DNA from: an uncultured Actinomycetes bacterium
GTDB lineage: Bacteria > Actinomycetota > Thermoleophilia > Gaiellales > JAICJC01
Length of the DNA: 64,000 bases
Reading direction: 5' to 3'
NCBI GenBank assembly: GCA_963832955.1
Contig: CAWHWC010000001.1
Span: forward strand, 89,851-153,850
The notes beneath the pieces are model-generated. The model worked only from the letters and a program-made list of their open reading frames with translations, did no database searches and was not told the origin of the DNA. Positions 47,347-54,899 of this stretch are shown here, piece by piece (position 1 is the first letter of the stretch; the number at the start of each line of letters is the position of its first letter). The position numbers were made by a program, and so were the translations under genes.

Positions 47347-48041
47347 GCCGCCCCCCGAGCCAGGCGCCGGAGCTGGGCGAGCCGCTCGTCGACCCGCTTG
47401 CCGCGCATCTCGACGAGGTACATCGACACCGCCAGGCTCAGCATCGCGGCCAGCGCGACCAGGAACGTGAAGAACATGCTGCCGTCCATGTTGACGCCGT
47501 TCGAGCGAAAGACGATCGGATGGAGCGCGTCCTGGGCGATGCGCACGGCGAGCACCGAGAGCGGGATCAGACCGACGCCGAGGAGGGCGTAGACGGCCGA
47601 GTACCGCGACCGCCGGGCGCCGGGCTCCACCGAGAAGCGCAGCATGAAGTAGGCGCAGTAGAACAGGAAGATGATCAGGAACGTGTTCAGCTCGCGGCTC
47701 CCCCAGTCCCACCACGTCCCCCACGAGATGTGCGCCCAGATCGACCCGGTGATGAGGGTGAGCGAGCCGAAGATGACGCCGAGGTGCATGGGCACGTAGC
47801 TCTGCAGGTCGAGCTCCTCGCGGCCCGTCCAGAGGTAGCGGGCGGCGTTCACGGCTCCCCATGCGAAGAGCGTGTAGGTGGTGAGGGCGATCGGCACGTG
47901 GAAATAGAAGATCCGCTGCGAGTAGCCCTGATCGACGTCGCTCGGGACGTAGAAGAAGATCAGCGCGACAGCGGCGGGCATGAGCACCGCGGCGATCAAC
48001 GTGGCGGCGGTTGCCCGGTCCAGGCGGGCTCTATGTGCCAT
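47343..48041 (-). CDS. ccmC: Heme exporter protein CcmC
   Basis: Trp-rich WGTWWDWGSRE motif, conserved His residues, 6 TM. ATG 48039-48041 in ATGA overlap with ccmB. Confidence 0.85.
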   Translation of the reverse strand: MAHRARLDRATAATLIAAVLMPAAVALIFFYVPSDVDQGYSQRIFYFHVPIALTTYTLFAWGAVNAARYLWTGREELDLQSYVPMHLGVIFGSLTLITGSIWAHISWGTWWDWGSRELNTFLIIFLFYCAYFMLRFSVEPGARRSRYSAVYALLGVGLIPLSVLAVRIAQDALHPIVFRSNGVNMDGSMFFTFLVALAAMLSLAVSMYLVEMRGKRVDERLAQLRRLARGAA

Positions 48042-48724
48042 CAATCCTCCACGACGTACTCGAAGAGCGCCCACCCCAGAAGCGCAAAAACCGTATCATA
48101 GAGAGCGAGGAATCCCAGGCGTTCAAGGGTCTCAAACCCGCTTGTTTGCGGGGAAATCGTGTCGGTCGTCACACGCACGGCGGTCAGCACGAGCGGGATC
48201 GAGAACGGCAGGTAGAGCGCCGGCAGGAGCACCTCGCGCGCCCGCACCGCCGACGCCAGACCCGCGAGGAGCGATCCGAGGCAGGCGATCCCGACGTCGG
48301 CGAGGAGCACCGCCGCGACGAGCACCGGGTACGACGGCCCGGCGTGCTCCTGGAGGAAGAACAGCCAGAAGGCCGGCAGCGCGAGCGCCTGCACCGCGAC
48401 CAGAAAGAGGAATGTGGAGCACGAGCGCGCGAACCAGAAGAGCGCGCGGTCGACGGGCGCGGCCAGGAGACCGTCCCACGTGCGGCCCTCGCGCTCGTGG
48501 GCGAACGACCGCGAGAGGCCGACGAGGGCCGTGAACACGATCGCGACCCAGAGCATCCCCGTCGCCGCCCGGGTGCCGCCCGCCAGCTCCGTGCCTCCGA
48601 GCCCGAAGCGAAAGAGGACGAACGCCGCGCCGACGAAGACCGCCATCGACGGGATGACCTCGCGGCCGCGCAGCTCGAGCAGGAGGTCCTTGCGGACGAG
48701 CGCCCGGAGTGCCCGCCCGTTCAC
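48041..48724 (-). CDS. ccmB: Heme exporter protein CcmB
   Basis: 227-aa polytopic protein starting VNGRALRALVRKDLLLELRGRE. GTGA overlap with the ccmA stop at 48721. Confidence 0.75.
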   Translation of the reverse strand: MNGRALRALVRKDLLLELRGREVIPSMAVFVGAAFVLFRFGLGGTELAGGTRAATGMLWVAIVFTALVGLSRSFAHEREGRTWDGLLAAPVDRALFWFARSCSTFLFLVAVQALALPAFWLFFLQEHAGPSYPVLVAAVLLADVGIACLGSLLAGLASAVRAREVLLPALYLPFSIPLVLTAVRVTTDTISPQTSGFETLERLGFLALYDTVFALLGWALFEYVVED

Positions 48725-49354
48725 GTCGCCACCCGGCCTGCGTCCATCCGCACGACCCGGCTCTCGAGCCCCGAGAACCACTCCGGCTCGTGGGTGGCGG
48801 CGACGATCGTCCGGCCCGGCTCGACGAGGAAGCGGCGCAGGACGTCGCGGCCCGTCGGCGTCGAGGCCGGCCGTCGGCTCGTCGAGGAGCACGATCGACG
48901 GCCGGTGAAGGCCGATGCGGGCGAGCGCAAGCCGCTGGAGCATCCCGCGGGACAGCTCGGCGGCGCGGTCGCCGCGGCGGCCGTCGAGCCCGACCCGGTC
49001 GAGCTCCTCGTCGACGCGGTCGTCCGCGACGGCGTAGAGCGCCGCGTAGAGCTCGAGGTTCTCGCGGGCGGTGAGGTCGGCGTACGCGAGCGGGTCGTGG
49101 CCGGCGTATCCGACGGTGCGGCGCACGTCGCCCGCGCGGCCCGGGAGGTCGTTGCCCGCGACGGCGACGCGGCCGGACGTCGGTCGGAGCACCGTCGCGA
49201 GGATGCGAAGGAGCGTCGTCTTGCCGGCCCCGTTCGGGCCCGTGACGAGCACGGTCTCGCCCGTCTCCACGGAGAGGTCGAGGCCGGCCAGGGCGTCGCG
49301 CTCCCCGAACCGGCGAACGAGGCCCTCGCAGACGACCGCCTCAGGCGAGCGCAT
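48721..49354 (-). CDS. ccmA: Heme exporter ATP-binding protein CcmA; apparent frameshift near 48850
   Basis: GPNGAGKTTLLRILA, LSRGMLQRLALA, VLLDEPTAGLDADG, then the true C-terminus RDVLRRFLVEPGRTIVAATHEPEW...RMDAGRVAT* lies in another frame. Confidence 0.75.
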
Positions 49355-50203
49355 CGGCCAGCACCCCGGCCAGGAACACGATCGCGATGACCCCGTTCAT
49401 CCCGAGGAAGGCCATGTCGACCCGCGACAGGTCGTCCTCCGAGACGATGGAGTTCTCGTACGCCAGGAGCACGGCGACTACGGCCAGCCCCAGCCAGTAG
49501 AGCGGGCCCAGGCCGAGGTCGATGCCCGAGCCAGATCAGCAGCGCGACCGAGCCGGCGTGGGCGATCCGCGTGAGGAGGAGCGCCGTGCCGATCCCGAAC
49601 CGGCGCGGGATCGAATGCAGGCCCTCGCGCTCGTCGACGTCGAGGTCCATGGTCGCGTAGATGATGTCGAAGCCGCCGATCCAGAGCGCGACCGCCCCGC
49701 CGAGGAGGAACGGCTGCCAGTCGAGCGTGCCGGTGACCGCGATCCAGCCGCCCACCGGCGCGAGCCCGTCGACCGCTCCCAGGAACGGATGGCACAGCCA
49801 GGTGAACCGCTTGAGGTACGGGTAGATGACGAACCCGGCGACCGGGATCGGCCAGAGGACGTGCGTGATCGGCGGGAGCTGCCAGACGGCGAGGAGGAAC
49901 ACCGCCAGCGAGGCGGCGGCGAACGCCGCGACCTGGACGGGCGTGAGCAGGCCGGCGGGGAGCTCGCGGCGGGCCGTGCGCGGGTTCCGGGCGTCGATGC
50001 CGGCGTCGATCAGGCGGTTGAGCGCCATCGCCAGGCTGCGCGCGCCGACCATCGCCACGGTGATCCAGGCCGAGCGTCTGCGCGGCGGGCACCTCGCCGG
50101 CGGCGAGGACGGCGCCGGCGTAGGCGTAGGGCAGGGCGAAGACGGTGTGCTCGAGCTTGACGAGCGACACGAACCGGCGGGCGTAGACGGGAGTCGCGGT
50201 CAA
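49341..50203 (-). CDS. UbiA-family polyprenyltransferase (4-hydroxybenzoate/MqnP-like); two apparent frameshifts near 50069 and 49526
   Basis: Three frame segments: [30 protein letters not shown].. / WITVAMVGARSLAMALNRLIDAGIDARNPRT..DIIYATMDLDVDEREG.. / IDLGLGPLYWLGLAVVAVLLAYENSIV... Confidence 0.7.
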
Positions 50204-50673
50204 TGCGCCGTCGGGAGGTCGAGCAGGAGCCGAAGGCCGTGGTCGAGCGCCGGGGCGACGGCGTCGAAGAGCTCGGCGCAGGCCCGCGGGCTGCCGGGGA
50301 AGTTGACGATGAGCGCGGAGCCGGCGATCCCGCTTCGGCCGCGGGAGAGCATCCCGTGCGGGGATGCCGCGATCGAGACCGCGCGCATGTGCTCGTCGAG
50401 GCCGGGCGTGGCGCGCTCGACGACGCGCGCCGTCGCCTCCGGGGTGACGTCGCGCGGCGCAAATCCGGTGCCACCCGTCGTCAGGACGAGGTCGGCCGCG
50501 GCCGAGAGCTCGCGCAGCGCCTCCTCGATGGCGTCGGCCTCGTCGGGCACGGTGCGCCGCTCGGCGAGGTCGAACCCCGCGCCGGCGAGACGCTCGGCGA
50601 GGAGATCGCCGCTCAAGTCTTCGCGGGTGCCGGCCGCGACGCCGTCGGACACCGTCAGGACGGAGGCCCTCAC
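50200..50673 (-). CDS. moaB: Molybdenum cofactor biosynthesis protein MoaB/MogA-type
   Basis: [25 protein letters not shown]...[19 protein letters not shown]...[16 protein letters not shown] overlap with moaC and TTGA overlap with ubiA. Confidence 0.8.
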   Translation of the reverse strand: MRASVLTVSDGVAAGTREDLSGDLLAERLAGAGFDLAERRTVPDEADAIEEALRELSAAADLVLTTGGTGFAPRDVTPEATARVVERATPGLDEHMRAVSIAASPHGMLSRGRSGIAGSALIVNFPGSPRACAELFDAVAPALDHGLRLLLDLPTAH

Positions 50674-51120
50674 GGCGCCTCCCGCCGCCAGTCTCCGCTC
50701 TTCCCGCCCGACTTCTCGACGAGCCGGATGTGCTCGATCGAGGAGTTCGGGTCGAGCCCCTTCGTCATGTCGTAGACGGTGAGCGCCGCGGCCGCGACCG
50801 CGGTCAGCGCCTCCATCTCGACGCCGGTCTGCGCGGTGGTCTCGGCGGCGGCGGTGACGGTGACGCCCTCGTCGTCGAGCACCGGCTCGACCTCGACCAT
50901 CGTGAGCGGGAGCGGATGGCACAGCGGCACGATGTCGGGCGTCCGCTTCGCCGCCATGATGCCCGGCGAGCCGGGCGGCGGCGAGGACGTCGCCCTTCGG
51001 GAGCGTCCCGGCCGCGATCCGCTCGCGCACGTGCTCGGGCAGCGCGACGTGGCCGCGGGCGACAGCCCGGCGCCGGGTCGCAGGCTTCCCGCCCACGTCG
51101 ATCATCCGGATCTCGCCCAT
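50670..51120 (-). CDS. moaC: Cyclic pyranopterin monophosphate synthase MoaC; apparent frameshift near 50963
   Basis: ..[20 protein letters not shown]...[12 protein letters not shown] / [19 protein letters not shown]...[18 protein letters not shown]. The start could lie upstream (GTG about 51159). Confidence 0.8.
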
Positions 51121-51314
51121 GCGCGCGAAGTGTACGGGGTCGGCTACCAGGTAACGCACCCTCCGGTGACACGCGTTCGGCGCACATCTGCCGGGAACCC
51201 GGGCGATCGCAGCCGACAGATGCAACGCCGGACGCGCGAAAGGGTCACGGCGGGGAGGCTGGGGACCAGGTATGGCACCCCGCCGTGTTGCACGATCGTT
51301 GCGGCCCGTGACAG
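51121..51314 (-). promoter_or_regulatory. Structured 5' leader of the moaC operon (candidate Moco-type riboswitch or attenuator)
   Basis: Two strong stem-loops in the sense strand: a 10-bp perfect inverted repeat at 51246-55/51278-87, and a compound 11+10-bp stem at 51172-93/51213-36. Confidence 0.3.
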
Positions 51315-52098
51315 CTAGGCCGAGAGCAGCGGCTCGAGCGCGCGGGCGTAGGCCGCGGCCGAGCCGCCCGTCGGGGTCGCGGCGGGGGTTGCCGCAGCAC
51401 AGGCTCACGCCCACCACGCGGCCGGTCGCCGCCAGCGCCGCCATCTCGTCGACGAGTCGCGGCAGGCGCCAGCCGCCGGGCGCGGGGAAGTCGACGCCCG
51501 GGCGCATCCTCGGGGTCGAGCACGTCGCCGTCGAGGTGCACGTGGAGCGGGACGTCGTCAGGCAGGCCGGCGAGCGCACCCGCCACGTCGTCGGCGACCA
51601 CCAGCCGCGAGCGGTCGATCGCCGCGCGCTCGCCCGGGTCGAGGTCGCGCGCGCCGACAAGCGCCGCTCGCTCCTCGACGAATGCCGGGCTCCAGCCCGG
51701 CGGCGGCCCGCAGGTCGTCGTGGCACCAGCCGAGCAGGATCGCGAACGGCATGCCGCCCAGGAAGCCGCTCGGCGTCGTGTCCGGCGTGTTCAGGTCGCC
51801 GTGCGCGTCGATCCACACCAGCGCGAGGTCGGGATGCGCGCGCCGCAGGCCGGCGGTCACCGCCGGTGCGAGCGTGCACTCCCCCAGGAGCGCGAGCGGG
51901 CCGTCGGCGCCGCCGACCGCGTCGGCGAGGGCCGGAAGGCCCGCCGTGAGCGCCCTGCACGAGCGGCGCGTCGAGGTCGAAGCCGACCCGCTCCCCGTCG
52001 CCCCGGCCCAGGGCCGCCGCGACGGCATCGGGCCCCTCCTCCATCCCCGGCCCGTGGAACCGGCTCGACCACGGCGCCAGGACGAGCTCGCCGCTCAC
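51315..52098 (-). pseudogene. Ureohydrolase (arginase/agmatinase/formiminoglutamase family) gene with about 4 frameshifts
   Basis: Segments VSGELVLAPWSSRFHGPG.. / ..LVWIDAHGDLNTPDTTPSGFLGGMPFA.. / FVEERAALVGARDLDPGE..HVHLDGDVLDP.. / VDFPAPGGW..VGVSLCCGNP.. / ..YARALEPLLSA* lie in alternating frames. GTGA overlap with otsA. Confidence 0.6.
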
Positions 52099-53570
52099 CG
52101 CAGCGCCTCGGGCACCGGGGCGCCGGACACCTCGGCGAGGTCGTCGAGCTGATCCTGCATCCAGCGGTCGATGTCGTGCTCGTGCACCTGGCGGCGGATG
52201 CCCTCGATCCGCTCGTGCCGCTCCTCCTCGGGCATGACGAGCGCTTCGTGGATCGCATCGGCCGTCGCCTGGATGTCGAACGGATTCACCGTGAGGGCGA
52301 AGCGGCCGAGCTCGACGTGGGCGCCGGTGTTCTCGCTCAGGATGAGGACGCCGTCGCGCTCGTTGATGAGCGGCGCCTCCTTGGCGATCAGGTTCATCCC
52401 GTCGAAGAGCGCGTTCACGAGCAGCACGTCGTAGTGCTTGTACGCCGCCACGGCCTCCGGGAAGTTGTCGGAGATCCGCAGGTCGATCGGCATCCAGTCG
52501 CCCGTGTAGTAGCGGTCGTTGACCGCCCGCGCGCCGCGCTGGATCGCGCCCACGTATTCGGCGTACTCGGGGATGTCCGGGCGCGACGGGTCGAGCAGGG
52601 CGAGCATCGTCACTCGCCCGACCCACTCCGGGTGATCGGCGAGGAAGAGGTCGAACGCCGAGAAGCCCCGGACGACGTTCTTCGACGGGTCCGTCCGGTC
52701 GACCCGAAGGATGAGCTTCTCGGGCCGCGCCTCGAGCACCTTGGGCTCCGCCTCGATGACCTCGGGCTGCGCCGCCAGCCGCTCGAACTCCGCCGGGTCG
52801 ACCGAGATCGGGTAGGCCCGCACGCGCACGCGGCGGCCGTCGATCTCGGCCTCGCCGCCGCGCACGTCGACCTGGGCGTTGGGGACGAACCGCTCGCAGC
52901 ACTGGAGGAACGACCGCACGTAGCGCGGCGTGTGGAGGCCGATGAGGTCGCAGGCCAGCATCGACTCGTGGATCGCCGTGCGGACGTCGGTGGGAAGGAC
53001 GCGCCAGTAGTCCGGCTGCGGCCAGGGGATGTGGGTGAAGTGGTGGATGACGGCGTCGGGCACCCGCGCGCGCAGGAAGCCCGGCACCATGAAGAGCTGG
53101 TAGTCGTGCACCATCACGAGCGGCTTCGGCCCCGCGCCGGCCAGCTGCTCGGCAGCCGCGTCGGCGAAGCGCTCGTTGACCGGCACGTAGCCCGCCTCCC
53201 ACGCCAGCCGTACGTTCCGATCGACCGACGGCTCGAGCGCCAGGCTCCAGAGATAGTGGTGCACGAACCACAGCGTCGGGTTGGCGAAGACGTTGTAGTA
53301 GCGGTCGTACTCCTCGCGGTCGTGCTGGACGAGCCGCAGCGTGAGGTTGCCGTCCCGGTAGACCCCCTGCTCGGCGACCGTCGCGTCGTCGTCGGAGAGC
53401 GCGCTGGCCACCCACGTGACCGGCCGGGTCGCCGTGAGCGCCGAGAGGGCTGTCACGAGGCCTCCCCCGCCGCGGCGGGCCGTGACCTCGCCGTCGGAGG
53501 AGACCGAAAACCGCAGCGGGCCGCGGTTCGACACGATCAAGAGCTGCTGGTCGTCCATCGTCGGGGTCAC
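52095..53570 (-). CDS. otsA: Alpha,alpha-trehalose-phosphate synthase (GT20)
   Basis: LLIVSNRGP...GGGLVTAL...VHDYQLFMVPGFLR...FTHIPWP...NALFDGMNLIAKE. Confidence 0.9.
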   Translation of the reverse strand: MTPTMDDQQLLIVSNRGPLRFSVSSDGEVTARRGGGGLVTALSALTATRPVTWVASALSDDDATVAEQGVYRDGNLTLRLVQHDREEYDRYYNVFANPTLWFVHHYLWSLALEPSVDRNVRLAWEAGYVPVNERFADAAAEQLAGAGPKPLVMVHDYQLFMVPGFLRARVPDAVIHHFTHIPWPQPDYWRVLPTDVRTAIHESMLACDLIGLHTPRYVRSFLQCCERFVPNAQVDVRGGEAEIDGRRVRVRAYPISVDPAEFERLAAQPEVIEAEPKVLEARPEKLILRVDRTDPSKNVVRGFSAFDLFLADHPEWVGRVTMLALLDPSRPDIPEYAEYVGAIQRGARAVNDRYYTGDWMPIDLRISDNFPEAVAAYKHYDVLLVNALFDGMNLIAKEAPLINERDGVLILSENTGAHVELGRFALTVNPFDIQATADAIHEALVMPEEERHERIEGIRRQVHEHDIDRWMQDQLDDLAEVSGAPVPEALR

Positions 53571-53580
53571 GAGGCGCGCC

Positions 53581-54855
53581 TCAGTCCCCGGCCACCACCT
53601 CGAGCTCGACCGCCGTCTCTCCGGCCATTCGGTGCATCAGCGCGAGCCAGTCGCGGAGCAGGCGCGGCATCAGGAAGCGGCGGCGGACGTGCTCCTTGGC
53701 CCTCCGGGTCATGTCCCGTGTCGCGCCGGGGTCGGCGAGGATGTCGAGCGTGCGCTTGGCGCACTCCTCGGCGGAGTCGACCAGATAGCCGGTCTCACCG
53801 TCGGTGATCTGGGCGACGATTCCCCCGACACGCCCGCCGATCGTCGGGCGGCTCTTCCAAAGCGCCTCCGACACGGTCAGGCCGAAGCCCTCGCGAATCG
53901 ACTTCTGGATGCAGACCGCCGCCTGCACCTGGAAGGCGTTCACCTCCACCGCGCCCACGTTGTTCAGGTTGGAGAACATGAAGATGTCGGGATCCTCGTT
54001 GCAGTAGTCCTGGGTGCGGTTCCAGTATTCCCAGCCCTCGGGATCGTCATGCGCCATCGAGCCGACGAGCGCGAGCTGCATCCCGGGATAGGCGCGCTTC
54101 ACCTCGCGGTAGGCGTCGATCACGCCGAGCGGGTCCTTCCACGGGTCGAACCGCGACACCTGGAGCATGAGCGGCCGGCTGACGTCGACGCCGAACTGGT
54201 CGACGATGTACGCGGCGTCGTCCGGCGCGAGCGCCATGTTCTTCGGAGCCAGAGGATCGATCGCCGGCGGCCAGATCACGGCCTCCTTCAGGCCGGCGCC
54301 GTGCGGGACGTACTCCGGCATGTGGAAGATGCAGGCGTCGTATGCGCCGAGCCGCGGCGCGAGGAAGTCGAGCACCTCGGGGTTCGGCGTCGAGAGGTCG
54401 ATGTGACATCGCCACACCCAATGCGGCCGAGTCGTCTGGACGAACTCGGGGATCGCGACCGGCTGCGGGTCGTGCACGACGATGACGTCCCACTCGTCGG
54501 CGTCGGTGAGCGCATCGGCGTTCAGCTTGTTGTAGCCGTCGAAGACCGCGCGCTGGCCGTCGGTCAGCGTCCGCTCGTCGCCCTGGAGCGCGTTGTGGAT
54601 CGTCTTCGTGACGTCGTAGAACTCCTCCTGCCCCTGGATGACGCGCCACTCGGCGTCGATCCCCGCGTCGATCATGAGCGGGATGAGCGTGTACTGGATC
54701 TCGGCCACGCCGCCGCCGAAGGCCGTCGCCGAGAGGTGCAGCATCCGGCGGCCCTTGAGCGGCTCGGCCAGGGCTCTGATCTCTTCCGCGAGCGCCCGGC
54801 CGATGAGCGAGTTGTAATCGGCCAGCGCCTTGTGTCCGACGTTCACGCGCTGCAT
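53581..54855 (-). CDS. treT: Trehalose glycosyltransferring synthase TreT (GT4)
   Basis: Co-linear with archaeal/Rubrobacter TreT: ..LADYNSLIG..LKGRRMLHLSATAFGGGVAEI..FYDVTKTIHNALQG..WRCHIDLS..QVSRFDPWKD..MAHDDPEGW..IREGFGLTVSEALWK... Confidence 0.88.
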   Translation of the reverse strand: MQRVNVGHKALADYNSLIGRALAEEIRALAEPLKGRRMLHLSATAFGGGVAEIQYTLIPLMIDAGIDAEWRVIQGQEEFYDVTKTIHNALQGDERTLTDGQRAVFDGYNKLNADALTDADEWDVIVVHDPQPVAIPEFVQTTRPHWVWRCHIDLSTPNPEVLDFLAPRLGAYDACIFHMPEYVPHGAGLKEAVIWPPAIDPLAPKNMALAPDDAAYIVDQFGVDVSRPLMLQVSRFDPWKDPLGVIDAYREVKRAYPGMQLALVGSMAHDDPEGWEYWNRTQDYCNEDPDIFMFSNLNNVGAVEVNAFQVQAAVCIQKSIREGFGLTVSEALWKSRPTIGGRVGGIVAQITDGETGYLVDSAEECAKRTLDILADPGATRDMTRRAKEHVRRRFLMPRLLRDWLALMHRMAGETAVELEVVAGD

Positions 54856-54899
54856 CGCCCGCGGAGGTTAGCCAACCTCGAGCGCGCAGACGAACGGGA

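Noticed and set aside
48041-49354. 437-aa apparent CcmA-CcmB fusion protein
   Set aside because: The frame stays open by chance after a frameshift in ccmA. The authentic CcmA C-terminus and its stop (48721) lie in another frame, and CcmB has its own GTG in a GTGA overlap. It is not a natural fusion.
50200-53415. 1071-aa ORF (and 51720-53807 on the plus strand) suggesting a giant protein
   Set aside because: It is a chance-open frame that threads through moaB (real in this frame), parts of moaC and the ureohydrolase, and the antisense or off-frames of otsA. The real genes are resolved individually in the feature list.
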